NCBI GenBank assembly: GCA_963717115.1
Contig: CAVQVO010000011.1
Coordinates: forward strand, 5,861 to 69,860
Origin: an uncultured Acidimicrobiales bacterium
GTDB lineage: Bacteria > Actinomycetota > Acidimicrobiia > Acidimicrobiales > SZUA-35
Length of the DNA: 64,000 nucleotides
Reading direction: 5' to 3'
Shown here: in pieces, positions 11,071-21,200 of the stretch
Layout of the letters: each line of letters starts with the position of its first letter
Position numbering within the stretch: the stretch's first letter is position 1
Program-made: the position numbers and the translations under genes
Notes under the pieces: model-generated
Told to the model about the DNA's origin: nothing
Seen by the model: the letters and a program-made list of their open reading frames with translations, nothing else
The model's database searches: none

Positions 11071-12867
11071 GTGCTGAAATCGCTCGGCTCGACCGTCGCC
11101 CAGGTCACGGCACGTTTCGGACAGCGGGGCAGCGGCTTCGATCCCGTCGAACCCTCCATGCTCGTCGCCAGCCGGGCGCAGCGTCGACGTCAGCTGAAGA
11201 CGCTGGTGATGCTCGGCATCGTCTTCGTCGTGATGGTCGGCGGGTTCAGTGCGGTGTTCCACTCGTTGATGGATCGCGAGGGTCGGGCGTACTCGTGGGC
11301 CACCAGCGTGTACTGGACCCTGACCACCATGACCACGCTCGGGTTCGGCGACATCACCTTCGAGTCCGACGCCGGTCGGGTGTTCTCGATCGTGGTGCTG
11401 TTGTCGGGGTCCACGTTCCTGCTCGTGGTGTTGCCGTTCGTGTTCATCCAGTTCGTCCTGCTGCCCTGGATGATGGAGCGAGAGCGACGTCGGACCCCAC
11501 GCGAAGCGCCGTCCTCGATCCGCGACCACGTGCTCCTCACCGCGATGGGCCCGGTGGAGGCGGCGTTGGTCGAGCGAGCCGTTCAGGCCGCGGTGGCCTA
11601 CATCGTGATCGTCGACGATCCGACCGAGGCCGGGCAGCTCCACGACGAGGGCATCTCGGTGATGCTCGGCGCCCTCGACGATCCCGAGACGTATCGGCGC
11701 GCGCGGGTCGAGGCGGCGGCGCTCGTCGTGGCGAGCCGCAACGACCCGACGAACACGAACATCGCGTTCACCGTGCGCGAGATCGCCCCCGACGTCGACA
11801 TCGTCGCCAGCGCGAACTCCCCGGCGTCGGTCGACATCCTCGAGATCGCCGGAGCGAACCGCGTCGTGCAACTCGGCGACATCCTCGGTTCGGCGATGGC
11901 CGCTCGGACGCTGGGGTTGGCGGGCCGCAGCAACGTGATCGGGGAGATCGCCGGGTTGTCGATCGCCGAGGCCGGCGCCGGCGGATCGGACCTGGTCGGC
12001 CAGACGCTCGCCCAGGCGCAACTCCGGGCCAAGCTCGGGGTCGGCATCGTCGGCGTCTGGAATCGCGGCCGGTTCGAGGTCGCCACGGCCGACTCCACCA
12101 TCGACTCGTCGACGATGCTGCTCCTCGCCGGTACCCCCGAACAGCTCGCCGCCTACGACGAACAACACGCCACCGAAGGTGATCGGGGTCGTCAGCACAA
12201 GGTGATCATCGGCGGCGGACGCGTCGGTCGGGCGGCCGCCGAGGCGTTCTCGGCCGAAGGCATCGCACACACCATCATCGAGCAGGTCGCCGACCGGCGT
12301 CGTCCGGGGTTCCAGTACGTGATCGGCGACGCAGCGGACCGCTCGGTCCTCGAATCGGCCGGGATCGACGAGGCGAGTGCGGTGCTGATCACCACCCATG
12401 ACGACGACATCAACGTGTACCTCACCCGATACATCCGTGGGCTGCGGCCCGACGTTCGGTTGGTCTCGCGGGCCCGGCTCGATCGCAACGTCTCGACGCT
12501 CTACCGGGCCGGCGCCGACTCGGTGCTGTCCTACGCGGCGACCGGCTCGGCGGCGATCTGGAACCACTTCCGGGGCATCGAGACCGTGCTGGTTTCCGAA
12601 GGGCTCAACGTGTTCCGCACCCCGGTGCCCCGCCAGCTCGCAGGCAAGACGTTGGCCGATGCGCACGTCTACCGGCGCACGGGCTGCAACGTGGTCGCCG
12701 TGGATCGCAACGGCAGCATCGAGGGCAATCCCGACCCCCGACGACCGTTGCCGGCCGACGGGGAACTGGTCCTCGTTGCCACCGACGAGGCCGAAGCCCG
12801 CTTCTCCGAGGAGTACCCGCGGGCCCGACGGCGGCTGCTGCGCATCGACGAGTCACCTCGGCCGTGA
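11071..12867 (+). CDS. Potassium channel protein with two RCK (TrkA-N/TrkA-C) repeats
   Basis: TMTTLGFGDI selectivity filter between two TM helices; IIGGGRVG Rossmann motif. Confidence 0.92.
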   Translation: MLKSLGSTVAQVTARFGQRGSGFDPVEPSMLVASRAQRRRQLKTLVMLGIVFVVMVGGFSAVFHSLMDREGRAYSWATSVYWTLTTMTTLGFGDITFESDAGRVFSIVVLLSGSTFLLVVLPFVFIQFVLLPWMMERERRRTPREAPSSIRDHVLLTAMGPVEAALVERAVQAAVAYIVIVDDPTEAGQLHDEGISVMLGALDDPETYRRARVEAAALVVASRNDPTNTNIAFTVREIAPDVDIVASANSPASVDILEIAGANRVVQLGDILGSAMAARTLGLAGRSNVIGEIAGLSIAEAGAGGSDLVGQTLAQAQLRAKLGVGIVGVWNRGRFEVATADSTIDSSTMLLLAGTPEQLAAYDEQHATEGDRGRQHKVIIGGGRVGRAAAEAFSAEGIAHTIIEQVADRRRPGFQYVIGDAADRSVLESAGIDEASAVLITTHDDDINVYLTRYIRGLRPDVRLVSRARLDRNVSTLYRAGADSVLSYAATGSAAIWNHFRGIETVLVSEGLNVFRTPVPRQLAGKTLADAHVYRRTGCNVVAVDRNGSIEGNPDPRRPLPADGELVLVATDEAEARFSEEYPRARRRLLRIDESPRP

Positions 12868-12909
12868 CGGCGGCCCGCCTCGGCGGGGCGAAACCGCAGC
12901 CGGTCGCCG

Positions 12910-13318
12910 TCAGCTCGCGTCGGACTTGGGCAGCAGCTGGGTCGATTCGACGAGACGGGAGTCGGCCAGGGCGGCGGACCGGATGGGGGCGATGGCCTGA
13001 TAGTCGGGGTCGTTGACCATGTCGACGAACTGGCGCCGGGTCGGGTAGCGGACGAGGAGGATGACGTCCCACTCCTCGTCGCCGATGACGGTGACACCGG
13101 CCCGGCCCATCCAGATCGGCTCGCCGCCGAACCGAGGGCCCAGCTCGGCGAAGGCCTTGCCGTAGACCCCGTAGGCCTCCCGACCGGTCAGGCCGTCGAC
13201 GCCGTGGCCGTCCTCGGCCCGGTCGCGGTACTTGCAGGAGATTGAGCATCACGACCGGCTCGTCGAGGTCGCCCTCGGCCATCGTGGACAACTCGTCGGA
13301 ATCCGGAGCGAAAGCCAT
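12910..13318 (-). CDS. DUF1330 family protein; frameshift near 13234
   Basis: PVVMLNLL|KYRDRA...EAYGVYG...WDVILLVRYPTRRQFVDMVNDPDYQ...RSAALADSRL. Confidence 0.8.
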
Positions 13319-13480
13319 GTCGCAGTCTGGCACGACTCGATGCCGCGGTGAGTCCCTCGCCCCGGCCGATCGTCGAGCATGATGCCAAGGGACCGTGTCG
13401 ACACGGTGGGACCGATCTGACAGGCTCGTCGACACAGCCGATGGTTGGCTCGTCGCACTGCCGACGGGGAGGATCAGAAC

Positions 13481-14785
13481 ATGGGGTGGGACTTCGAGAC
13501 CGACGCCGCGTTCCAGGCCGAGCTCGACTGGATCGAGGACTTCGTGCGGGAGGAGATCGAGCCGCTCGACTTCATCGTCAAGAGCCCGTACGACATCAAC
13601 GATCCCATCCGGGCCGAGATCATCCCGCCCCTCCAGCGGCAGGTCCAAGAGCGCGGTCTGTGGGCGTGCCATCTCGGCCCCGACCTCGGTGGGCTCGGCT
13701 ACGGACAGGTGAAGCTGGCCCTGATGAACGAGATCCTCGGCCGGGCCCGGTCGGCGCCGACCGTGTTCGGCTGCCAGGCGCCCGACACCGGCAACAGCGA
13801 GATCCTCGCCCACTACGGCACCCCCGAACAGAAGGAGCAGTTCCTCGAGCCCCTGCTGCGCAACGAGATCGTGTCGTGCTACTCGATGACCGAGGTCCAG
13901 GGCGGCGCCGACCCCAAGGTCTTCACCACCACCGCGGTCCAGGACGGCGACGAGTGGGTCATCAACGGCGAGAAGTGGTTCTCGTCGAACGCCCGCTACG
14001 CGTCGTTCCTCATCGCCATGGTCGTGACCGACCCCGACAACGCGCCGCTGCAGCGGTTCTCGATGTTCCTCGTCCCGTCCGACACGCCCGGGCTGGAGAT
14101 CGTTCGCAACGTGGGCCTGGGCTACGAGGCCGAGAGCGAGGACCACGGCAGCCACGCGTACGTGCGCTACGACAACGTGCGGGTGCCGGCCGAGAACCTG
14201 CTGGGCGAGCGGGGCGGCGGCTTCGTCGTCGCCCAGACCCGCCTGGGCGGCGGCCGCATCCATCACGCCATGCGCACCAGCGGCCGCGTGCAGCGCCTCT
14301 TCGACATGATGTGCGAGCGGTCGATCAGCCGCACCACGCAGGGCGAGCTGTTGTCCCGCAAGCAGATGGTGCAGGAGATGATCGCCGACTCGTGGATCGA
14401 GATGGAGATGTTCCGGCTGCTCGTCCTGCGCACGGCGTGGCGGATCGACAAGTACCAGGACTACAAGAAGGTGCGCCGCGACATCTCGGCGGTGAAGGCG
14501 GCCATGCCCGGGGTGTACCGGAACGTGGCCAGTCGGGCCCTCCAGATCCACGGCTCGCTCGGGGCCTCGTGGGAGATGCCCTTCGCCAAGGAGGTCATCG
14601 AGTCGTTCCACATGGGCCTGGCCGACGGACCGACCGAGGTGCACAAGGTCCAGGTGGCCCGCCGGGTGCTCGACGACTACGTCCCGTGCGACGACCTCTT
14701 CCCGTCCACCCACCTCCCCAAGCGTCGGGCCGCAGCAGACGCCAAGTACGCCGACGTCCTGGAACGCCATCTCGAGACCCAGTGA
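13481..14785 (+). CDS. Acyl-CoA dehydrogenase
   Basis: APDTGNSEIL, CYSMTE, WVINGEKWFSS and RLGGGRIHH motifs; GGAGG RBS. Confidence 0.95.
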   Translation: MGWDFETDAAFQAELDWIEDFVREEIEPLDFIVKSPYDINDPIRAEIIPPLQRQVQERGLWACHLGPDLGGLGYGQVKLALMNEILGRARSAPTVFGCQAPDTGNSEILAHYGTPEQKEQFLEPLLRNEIVSCYSMTEVQGGADPKVFTTTAVQDGDEWVINGEKWFSSNARYASFLIAMVVTDPDNAPLQRFSMFLVPSDTPGLEIVRNVGLGYEAESEDHGSHAYVRYDNVRVPAENLLGERGGGFVVAQTRLGGGRIHHAMRTSGRVQRLFDMMCERSISRTTQGELLSRKQMVQEMIADSWIEMEMFRLLVLRTAWRIDKYQDYKKVRRDISAVKAAMPGVYRNVASRALQIHGSLGASWEMPFAKEVIESFHMGLADGPTEVHKVQVARRVLDDYVPCDDLFPSTHLPKRRAAADAKYADVLERHLETQ

Positions 14786-14827
14786 GGCTCGCACGACACG
14801 GCGGCCGCGACGGGGTACGGTCCGTCG

Positions 14828-15956
14828 ATGACGACTGACGAGGAGATCCCGGTCGATCCGTTCGCCGACGAGCCCCGCCCGAGATGGCCGAGGTCCGCCC
14901 CGGCGAGGCCCTCGACTGGGGACGCATCGAGGCACACCTGCGGGCCGAGCTGCCGCGCCGACCTCGACCTGTCGGGGCCGTTCGAGGTCCTCCAGTTCCC
15001 CAACGGTGCGGCCAACCTCACCTACCTGATCCGGTTCGGCGACACCGAGCTCGTGCTGCGCCGGCCCCCGTTCGGCACCATCGCCCCCGGTGCCCACGAC
15101 ATGAAGCGGGAGCACAAGGTGCTGTCGCGTCTCTGGGAGTTCTTCGACAAGGCGCCCCGGGCCTACCTGTTCTGCGACGACCATGACATCGCCGGCTCGG
15201 ACTTCTTCGTGATGGAGCGCCGCCGGGGCGAGGTCGTGCGCGGGGTCATCCCCGAGTCGATGCGCGACCTTCCCGACGTCGGTCACCGGATGGGCCTGGC
15301 CCTGGTCGACGCCATCGCCGAGTTCCACCTCCTCGACCCCGAGGCCTGCGGCCTCGGCGATCTCGGCCGACCCGACGGCTTCGTCGAGCGCCAGGTCGGC
15401 AGGCTGGAAGAAGCGCTGGGACCTGGTCGCCGACCCGGGCAACGACGCCCCGATGACGGCCATCCACGCCCGGCTCGCCGCGTCGATGCCCGAGAGCCAG
15501 CGGGTCTCGTTCGTGCACAACGACCTGAAGCTCGACAACGCCATGTTCGAGACCGGCAATCCCGACCGGGTCGTCGCGTTCTTCGACTGGGACATGACCA
15601 CCCTCGGCGACCCCCTCATCGACCTCGGCACCCTGCTGAACTACTGGCCCGAACCCCGACGACACCGACGAGGTCCGCCGGTCGAGCCACGACGGCATGA
15701 CCCGCATGGGCCTGCCGACCCGGGCCGAGGTGGCCCGGCGCTACGGCGAGCAGACCGGCCTCGATGTGTCGGGCATCGGGTGGTACGAGGCCTTCGCCCA
15801 GTGGAAGACCGCCGTCGTGGTCCAGCAGCTCCACCACCGCTGGAAGATGGGCGACTCGACCGACGAGCGCATGGAGACCATCGCCGACAGCGTCCCCGGC
15901 ACTCATGCGCACCGCCTCGCAGTTGCTCGAGACCGCCCGAGAGGCAGTCGTCATGA
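14828..15956 (+). CDS. APH-like phosphotransferase of the ACAD10/11-associated type; at least four frameshifts
   Basis: NLTYL...VLRRPP...AHDMKRE, VHNDLKLDN and FDWDM...GDPLIDLG pieces are spread over several frames. Confidence 0.85.
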
Positions 15957-16786
15957 AGCTCGGATTCGTCCTGCCCAACAACTGGGGCATCCCCGACGTC
16001 AACGACGTGGTCGACCTCGCCGTCGAAGCCGAGGAGCTGGGGCTCGACTCGGTGTGGGTGAACCATCACGTGCTCAACGTCGGGTACGTCGAGGATCGCC
16101 TCGGCGACCGGCCCTACCACGACGCCCTCACCGTGCTCACCGCGGCCGGCGGCCCGCACCGAACGGGTGCAGGCTCGGCACCTCGGTGCTGGTGCTTCCC
16201 TACCTCCATCCGATGGTGCTGGCCAAGACCCTGGCCACGATCGACCAGCTGAGTGGTGGGCGGGTGATCGCCGGTCTGGGGGTCGGGAGTCTTCCGGAGG
16301 AGAACGCGGCCCTGGGCGTCGGCTACGACGATCGTGGCCGCTTCTCCGACGAGATGCATCGAGGTCATGATGGCGCTGTGGTCGGAGGCCGAGGCCTCCT
16401 TCGAGCGGCGAGTTCTTCGGGTTCGACGGGATCAAGGCCGCCCCGAAACCGGCGCAATCGGCGCTGCCGATCTGGATCGGCGGCAGCGGTGCTCCGGCCC
16501 GTCGCCGAGCCGCCCGGTACGGCGCCGGGATGGCATCCGATGTGTTCGGTGCGGGGCTTGGCCCGCCGGCTGCCGAGGCTCGACGAGGCCCTGGCGCGCC
16601 GAAGGTCGAACCCGGGCCGACCTGGTCGTTGCCCCTCGCATCCTCGTCGACGACGTGCCCGATCGGGCTGCGGTCGAGGCGTGGGCCGAGGCCGGAGCCG
16701 ACCACCTGATCGTCGGCACGTCATCGTTCGAACTCGATGAGATCCGCGCCGGGCTGGCCCACATCGCCTCGCTGGTCGAGGCCTGA
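15953..16786 (+). CDS. LLM-class (probably F420-dependent) oxidoreductase; several frameshifts
   Basis: AEELGLDSVWVNHH, LGTSVLVLPY...LAKTLATIDQLSGGR and PIWIGG pieces in shifting frames. Confidence 0.85.
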
Positions 16787-16932
16787 CCGAGGGCCCGGCG
16801 ACGGCCCCGTTGCCGCGAATCCGACATGGTTGGTTCGACCGGAACGTCGCGGGCGATCGAGCCTGGAAGCGGGCGCCGTGATCCGACTCCGACAGCAGGG
16901 CGAGCCGACCTCGGCTGCGCCATCATGGGCCG

Positions 16933-17916
16933 GTGACCGAACCGTCGACGACCCCTCGATCGAGATGGGGACGCGCTGTACTCGGCGGTCGGTCTCGAAC
17001 CTCCCACCCTGCGGAGAACCGACATCGCCGACGGTCCGGCATCGACCCGGCCCAGTCGCTGCGGTGGTGGCGGGCGATGGGATTCGCCGAGGTCGGTGAT
17101 GACGAGGTGGCGTTCGGTCACGCCGACCTCGACCAGGCGATCCGACTACGCGACCTGTTGGACGAGGGGGTGATCGACGATGGTGACATCCTGCGATTGG
17201 CGCGTCTGATGGGGGCGTCGTTCTCTCGGCTCGTCGACGCCCAACTGGCGGTGGTCGCCGACGATCTGCCCACCAGCGTCTCCCGGGTGCCGGCCGACCG
17301 CACCGAGTTCGACGTGTTGTCGTTCCTCGAGTCCACGATGATTTTCGTGTGGCGTCGCCACCTGTTGGCGGCGCTGGCCCAGAATCTCGATGCCGGCGAA
17401 CACGACTCCCAGCAGGCGGTCGGGTTCGCCGATCTGTCGGGCTTCTCGCGGATCAGCAAGAGCAGCGGGCCCGAACAAATCACCGAGATCGTCGAGACGT
17501 TCGAGTCGATGGCGTTCGACGTGGTGTCGGCTCACGACGGCCGAGTCGTGAAACTGATCGGTGACGAGGTCATGTTCGTCGCCAAGACCATCGACGATGC
17601 GGTCGCGATCGCACTCGATCTGATCGTTCGGCTGGCCCCGATCGAGGCCGTTCCACCGGTGCACTGCGGCATCGCCTTCGGCGAGACGGTGCGGGTCGGC
17701 GGCGACGTCTTCGGTCCGACCGTGAACCTCGCCAGCCGACTGACCGGATTGGCCCGACCCGACCGCGTGGCGGTGCCCCGTGCCGACGGTGCCCATCTCC
17801 TCGATCGGGAGGACCTCGATGCGCGCGGGATTCGTCGGATCTACGACCTCAAGGGTGTCGGCCGAACCCGGATCATCTCGATTCGTCCGCTGGTCGAGGA
17901 GGCCGATCCAGCCTGA
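16933..17916 (+). CDS. Class III adenylate cyclase (Rv2212-like with N-terminal regulatory domain); 5' end uncertain and probably frameshifted
   Basis: GFADLSGFS, VVKLIGDEVMF and GDVFGPTVNLASRL contain the canonical D, K, D, D, N, R residues. Confidence 0.9.
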   Translation: MTEPSTTPRSRWGRAVLGGRSRTSHPAENRHRRRSGIDPAQSLRWWRAMGFAEVGDDEVAFGHADLDQAIRLRDLLDEGVIDDGDILRLARLMGASFSRLVDAQLAVVADDLPTSVSRVPADRTEFDVLSFLESTMIFVWRRHLLAALAQNLDAGEHDSQQAVGFADLSGFSRISKSSGPEQITEIVETFESMAFDVVSAHDGRVVKLIGDEVMFVAKTIDDAVAIALDLIVRLAPIEAVPPVHCGIAFGETVRVGGDVFGPTVNLASRLTGLARPDRVAVPRADGAHLLDREDLDARGIRRIYDLKGVGRTRIISIRPLVEEADPA

Positions 17917-18019
17917 GGTGGCCGTGCCGAGGTCGGCTAGGTGCGAGGCCCTTTCCCTGCGCCGTGGAGTTGGGTAGGTTTCCAAGGCACGAGATGCAGT
18001 TGCGATTGGGAGGGAAACC

Positions 18020-18394
18020 ATGAGCGCAAGACAGAGCGGTGAACTCAACTTCGGCACGGGAAACCTGGCGTCGGAGGACGATTTCGAGACGGGCTCGGCG
18101 TCGGTCGTCGACGACTTCGGGTCCGGTGCGGCGCCGGCGACACGAGCGCCGCTCGACAGCGATGGCGACGGACTGACCGACGAATTCGAGCTCAAAGAGT
18201 TCGGGAGCGATCCGTTTCGTGCCGACACCGACGGCGACGGACTGACCGATGGTCAGGAACTGGCCATCGGTACCGATCCCACCGAGGTCGACAGCGATGG
18301 CGATGGGGTGAAGGACTTCGTCGAGGAGAAGCTCGGCACCGACCCCACCGATGCCGACGACGTGCCGGATGACGACATGCTGGACGACTTCTGA
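18020..18394 (+). CDS. Small acidic protein with DxDxDG (thrombospondin type-3-like) calcium-binding repeats
   Basis: [18 protein letters not shown] and DSDGDGVKD repeats; GGAGG RBS. Confidence 0.8.
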   Translation: MSARQSGELNFGTGNLASEDDFETGSASVVDDFGSGAAPATRAPLDSDGDGLTDEFELKEFGSDPFRADTDGDGLTDGQELAIGTDPTEVDSDGDGVKDFVEEKLGTDPTDADDVPDDDMLDDF

Positions 18395-18423
18395 ACCCGA
18401 CGTCGTCCAACCTGCAGACTCGA

Positions 18424-19281
18424 TCATGGGTCTCGGCGGGGGGAGCGGTGACCGGGAACGACGTCGTCGAGGAAGTCGAGCACGACCCGCGAGAGTGCTG
18501 CGGGGTCGTCGAGCGACGGGCAGTGGGCCGAGTCGGCAAGGGACACCAATCGCGCCGAGGGGATCGCATCGACGATCTCGGCGCCCTGCCGGCGGATACC
18601 CGGGAGGTCGTGCTCGCCGACGACGACCATCACTGGGACGCTCAGCTCGGCAAGACGGTCCCAGGCCTCGACGCGCTCGGCCGATGCGCCGGTCGGGCCG
18701 GCGCGTAGGGCACGCCCGTTCATCTCGAGCATGAGGTCACGGGCGCGGCCGGTCACCCGCCCTTCGGGCTGGTCGACCCCGTCGAGCCAGTATCGAACCT
18801 CGAGCCGATTCACGAGGTCGAGATCGCCGGCCGCCTCGGCCGCTGCCACGAGGTCATCCTGTACGGCCTCGGCCGCCGATGTCGGCCAATCGTCGTAGCG
18901 ATAGCCGGACGGTGAGGGAGCGATGAGCACCAGGGCGGTGACCTGGTCGGGGTGAGCCAGAGCGAGATCCAGGGCCAGGCCACCGCCCAGGCTGTTGCCG
19001 ACCACGACAGCCGGCCTGGCATCGGTGGCCTTCGAGACGGTCAGGAGGTCGACGAGATCGTCGTGTTCCTCGGTCACGAAGTCGGTCGATCCGAAGCCCC
19101 GGCGGTCGTAGGCGATCACTCGGCAACCGGCGTCGGCCCAATCCCGAGCGCACCATTGCCACACCCGGCTGTCGCCGACGCCGGGATGGAGGGCCAGGAT
19201 CGTGGGGCCTGCGTCGCCCCACGAGGTGACGTGGAGATGAGCGCCACCGCTTGCGACTCGTTCGGGAACCATCGACCGCAT
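18424..19281 (-). CDS. Alpha/beta hydrolase
   Basis: YDRRGFG, GNSLGG nucleophile elbow, SAHC. Confidence 0.9.
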   Translation of the reverse strand: MRSMVPERVASGGAHLHVTSWGDAGPTILALHPGVGDSRVWQWCARDWADAGCRVIAYDRRGFGSTDFVTEEHDDLVDLLTVSKATDARPAVVVGNSLGGGLALDLALAHPDQVTALVLIAPSPSGYRYDDWPTSAAEAVQDDLVAAAEAAGDLDLVNRLEVRYWLDGVDQPEGRVTGRARDLMLEMNGRALRAGPTGASAERVEAWDRLAELSVPVMVVVGEHDLPGIRRQGAEIVDAIPSARLVSLADSAHCPSLDDPAALSRVVLDFLDDVVPGHRSPRRDP

Positions 19282-19340
19282 CGTAGGAGCGTCGATGGAC
19301 GTCGTCCGGTGGATTCACCCCAGGTCGTCTCGGGTGCGGC

Positions 19341-19917
19341 TCAGCGAAGGTCGAGTCGCATCAGGACTCGGGGGAAGCCGTTCAGCACCGAGTCGGTGTC
19401 GGCCGCCTCGACGAAGCCGGCCTTCTGGAACAGCGCCATCGTGCCGACGTAGGCCATGGTCGGAGTCGATCCTGGCCCCCTGGTTGTCGAGCGGGTAGCC
19501 CTCGATCGCCACGGCGCCGTTCGCCCGGGCGAACGCGACCGCCCCGGCGAGCAGGTGATGCGAGATGCCTTCCTTGCGGTGGCCCGGCCGCACCCGGATG
19601 CACCAGACCGACCAGACGTCGAGGTCGTCGACGTGGGGGATCTTGCGGTTGCGGGCAAAGGAGGTGTCGGCGCGAGGATGAACGGCAGCCCAGCCGACCA
19701 CCTCGTCACCGTCGTAGGCGAGCACGCCCGGCGGAGGGCGCTGCTGCACCAGGAGCCGCACCCGTTCGCCTCGATCAGGCCCGACGAGCTCGCGGTTCTC
19801 CCTCGAGGAACCGAGCCGATAGCTCAGACACCAGCACACCGTTGCGTCGGGCCGTTTCGGCCCGACCATGGTCTGCACGTCCTCGAACACCGTCGCCGGG
19901 CGTACCTCGATCGCCAT
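19341..19917 (-). CDS. GNAT family acetyltransferase; frameshift near 19463
   Basis: CWCLSYR, VWSVWCIRVRPGHRKEG, AIEGYP, then MAYVGTMALFQKAGF in the second frame. Confidence 0.85.
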
Positions 19918-20007
19918 GTCGCGACTCTTTCAGTGGCGACGAAGCTCGTCAACGCACACGTGTCGCTCGTGTCGCGGTGCCGGCCGGAATCCAAGCTCGA
20001 GATCGGG

Positions 20008-20187
20008 TCAGTACTCGCCGCGCAGCCCGAACCGGTTCTTGCCATCGCCTTCGTCGGGGTCGTCGGCGATGTTCGGGTTCTGCTCGATTTCGATTTCCAT
20101 CAACGCCAGGCTGCCGGCCATCACGGTTCCCCACACGGTGATCGCAAAGACGATCACTCCGACGATGAAGATCGCGGTTTCGCTCAT
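20008..20187 (-). CDS. Small single-TM membrane protein
   Basis: MSETAIFIVGVIVFAITVWGTVMAG; ATGA overlap with the upstream gene. Confidence 0.65.
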   Translation of the reverse strand: MSETAIFIVGVIVFAITVWGTVMAGSLALMEIEIEQNPNIADDPDEGDGKNRFGLRGEY

Positions 20188-20402
20188 CGTCGCACCGCCT
20201 TGTTCGCTTTGGCTGCGGGTGTGTCGACCGGGGTGAGCAGAAGCGTTCCCAGCGAGTGGATCGACGGGACCCACAGGCCGACGAAGATCCCGGCCGTCGT
20301 TTCGTCTTGCACGAAGTACAACCAGACGGAGAACAGGAAGGAAGCGAACCCGGCGATCATGAAGGGGAGCTTCAGGCGAATCGATTGGGGAAGGGTGGGC
20401 AT
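20184..20402 (-). CDS. Small two-TM membrane protein (GIFVGLWVPSI motif)
   Basis: GAGGAG RBS before ATG, two hydrophobic helices, coupled to the next gene. Confidence 0.7.
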   Translation of the reverse strand: MPTLPQSIRLKLPFMIAGFASFLFSVWLYFVQDETTAGIFVGLWVPSIHSLGTLLLTPVDTPAAKANKAVRR

Positions 20403-20776
20403 CGGGACTCCTCGGTGGTTGTCGTTCTCAACGGTACTTCGCTTCGGCGACGCTTCGAGATGCGTCCAGTCGAGAACGATCCTTCCGATGGCAGCCGACC
20501 GGCGAGCGAATCGCACCGGACGTGCAGTCCACACCGGGCCGAGGTCCGGGAGGCATCGCCGCAGCCCGAACCTCGGCGATGTCGGTGGGTGGCACCTCAT
20601 TCTCAGAAGATGTCACCCGGTCGAGGTGGCTCGGACGTCTGTACGTGTAGAGGAAACCGTCAGAGACGGCGTATGAGAACGAGCGAGATGTCCGAACGTG
20701 GTCGAGGGTTGGGAACGGTCGAGCCGAACCGTGCGCTCGGACTCGATCCGTCGGGGAACGGTGTCGGAGCCCGTGC

Positions 20777-21178
20777 GTGATGTCGACGTCGCCGGATCCC
20801 TTTCGCGTGCTGGGGGTCTCCCCGGATGCGTCGATGGATGCCATCCGCCTCGCGTATCGGGAACGGATGCGGGCATTGCATCCCGACCGAGGCGGAGCCG
20901 ACGACGCGGAGGCGCACCGCGAGATGGCCGCCGTTGCCGATGCATGGCGGCGACTCGGCAACGATCCCCACGGCCCGTTCGCGCCGGGGTTCGGGGAGGG
21001 ATCGGAGGAGGAGACCGCGGGCGGTGCCGACCCGCCGGTTCGGGTCATGGGCCGCGAGGCGATGGTCGACGTCGGACCCACTCCGAGGCTGCTGAGGTCG
21101 GTGTTCGCGATCGCCGTCGTCCTGCTCCTGGCGTGGTCGGCGATCTTCGTCGTGATCGCGTTCTCCCAGTCCGGATGA
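20777..21178 (+). CDS. J-domain protein with C-terminal TM helix
   Basis: DPFRVLGVSPDAS...HPDRGG J-domain. Confidence 0.85.
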   Translation: MMSTSPDPFRVLGVSPDASMDAIRLAYRERMRALHPDRGGADDAEAHREMAAVADAWRRLGNDPHGPFAPGFGEGSEEETAGGADPPVRVMGREAMVDVGPTPRLLRSVFAIAVVLLLAWSAIFVVIAFSQSG

Positions 21179-21200
21179 CTCACGAAACGAGGATCTCGTC

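Noticed and set aside
12605..15631. 1008-aa minus-strand ORF and similar long antisense ORFs (1433..3454, 41808..44054, 45295..47463, 51995..54166)
   Set aside because: Shadow ORFs typical of high-GC DNA, lying opposite well-supported genes and lacking motifs
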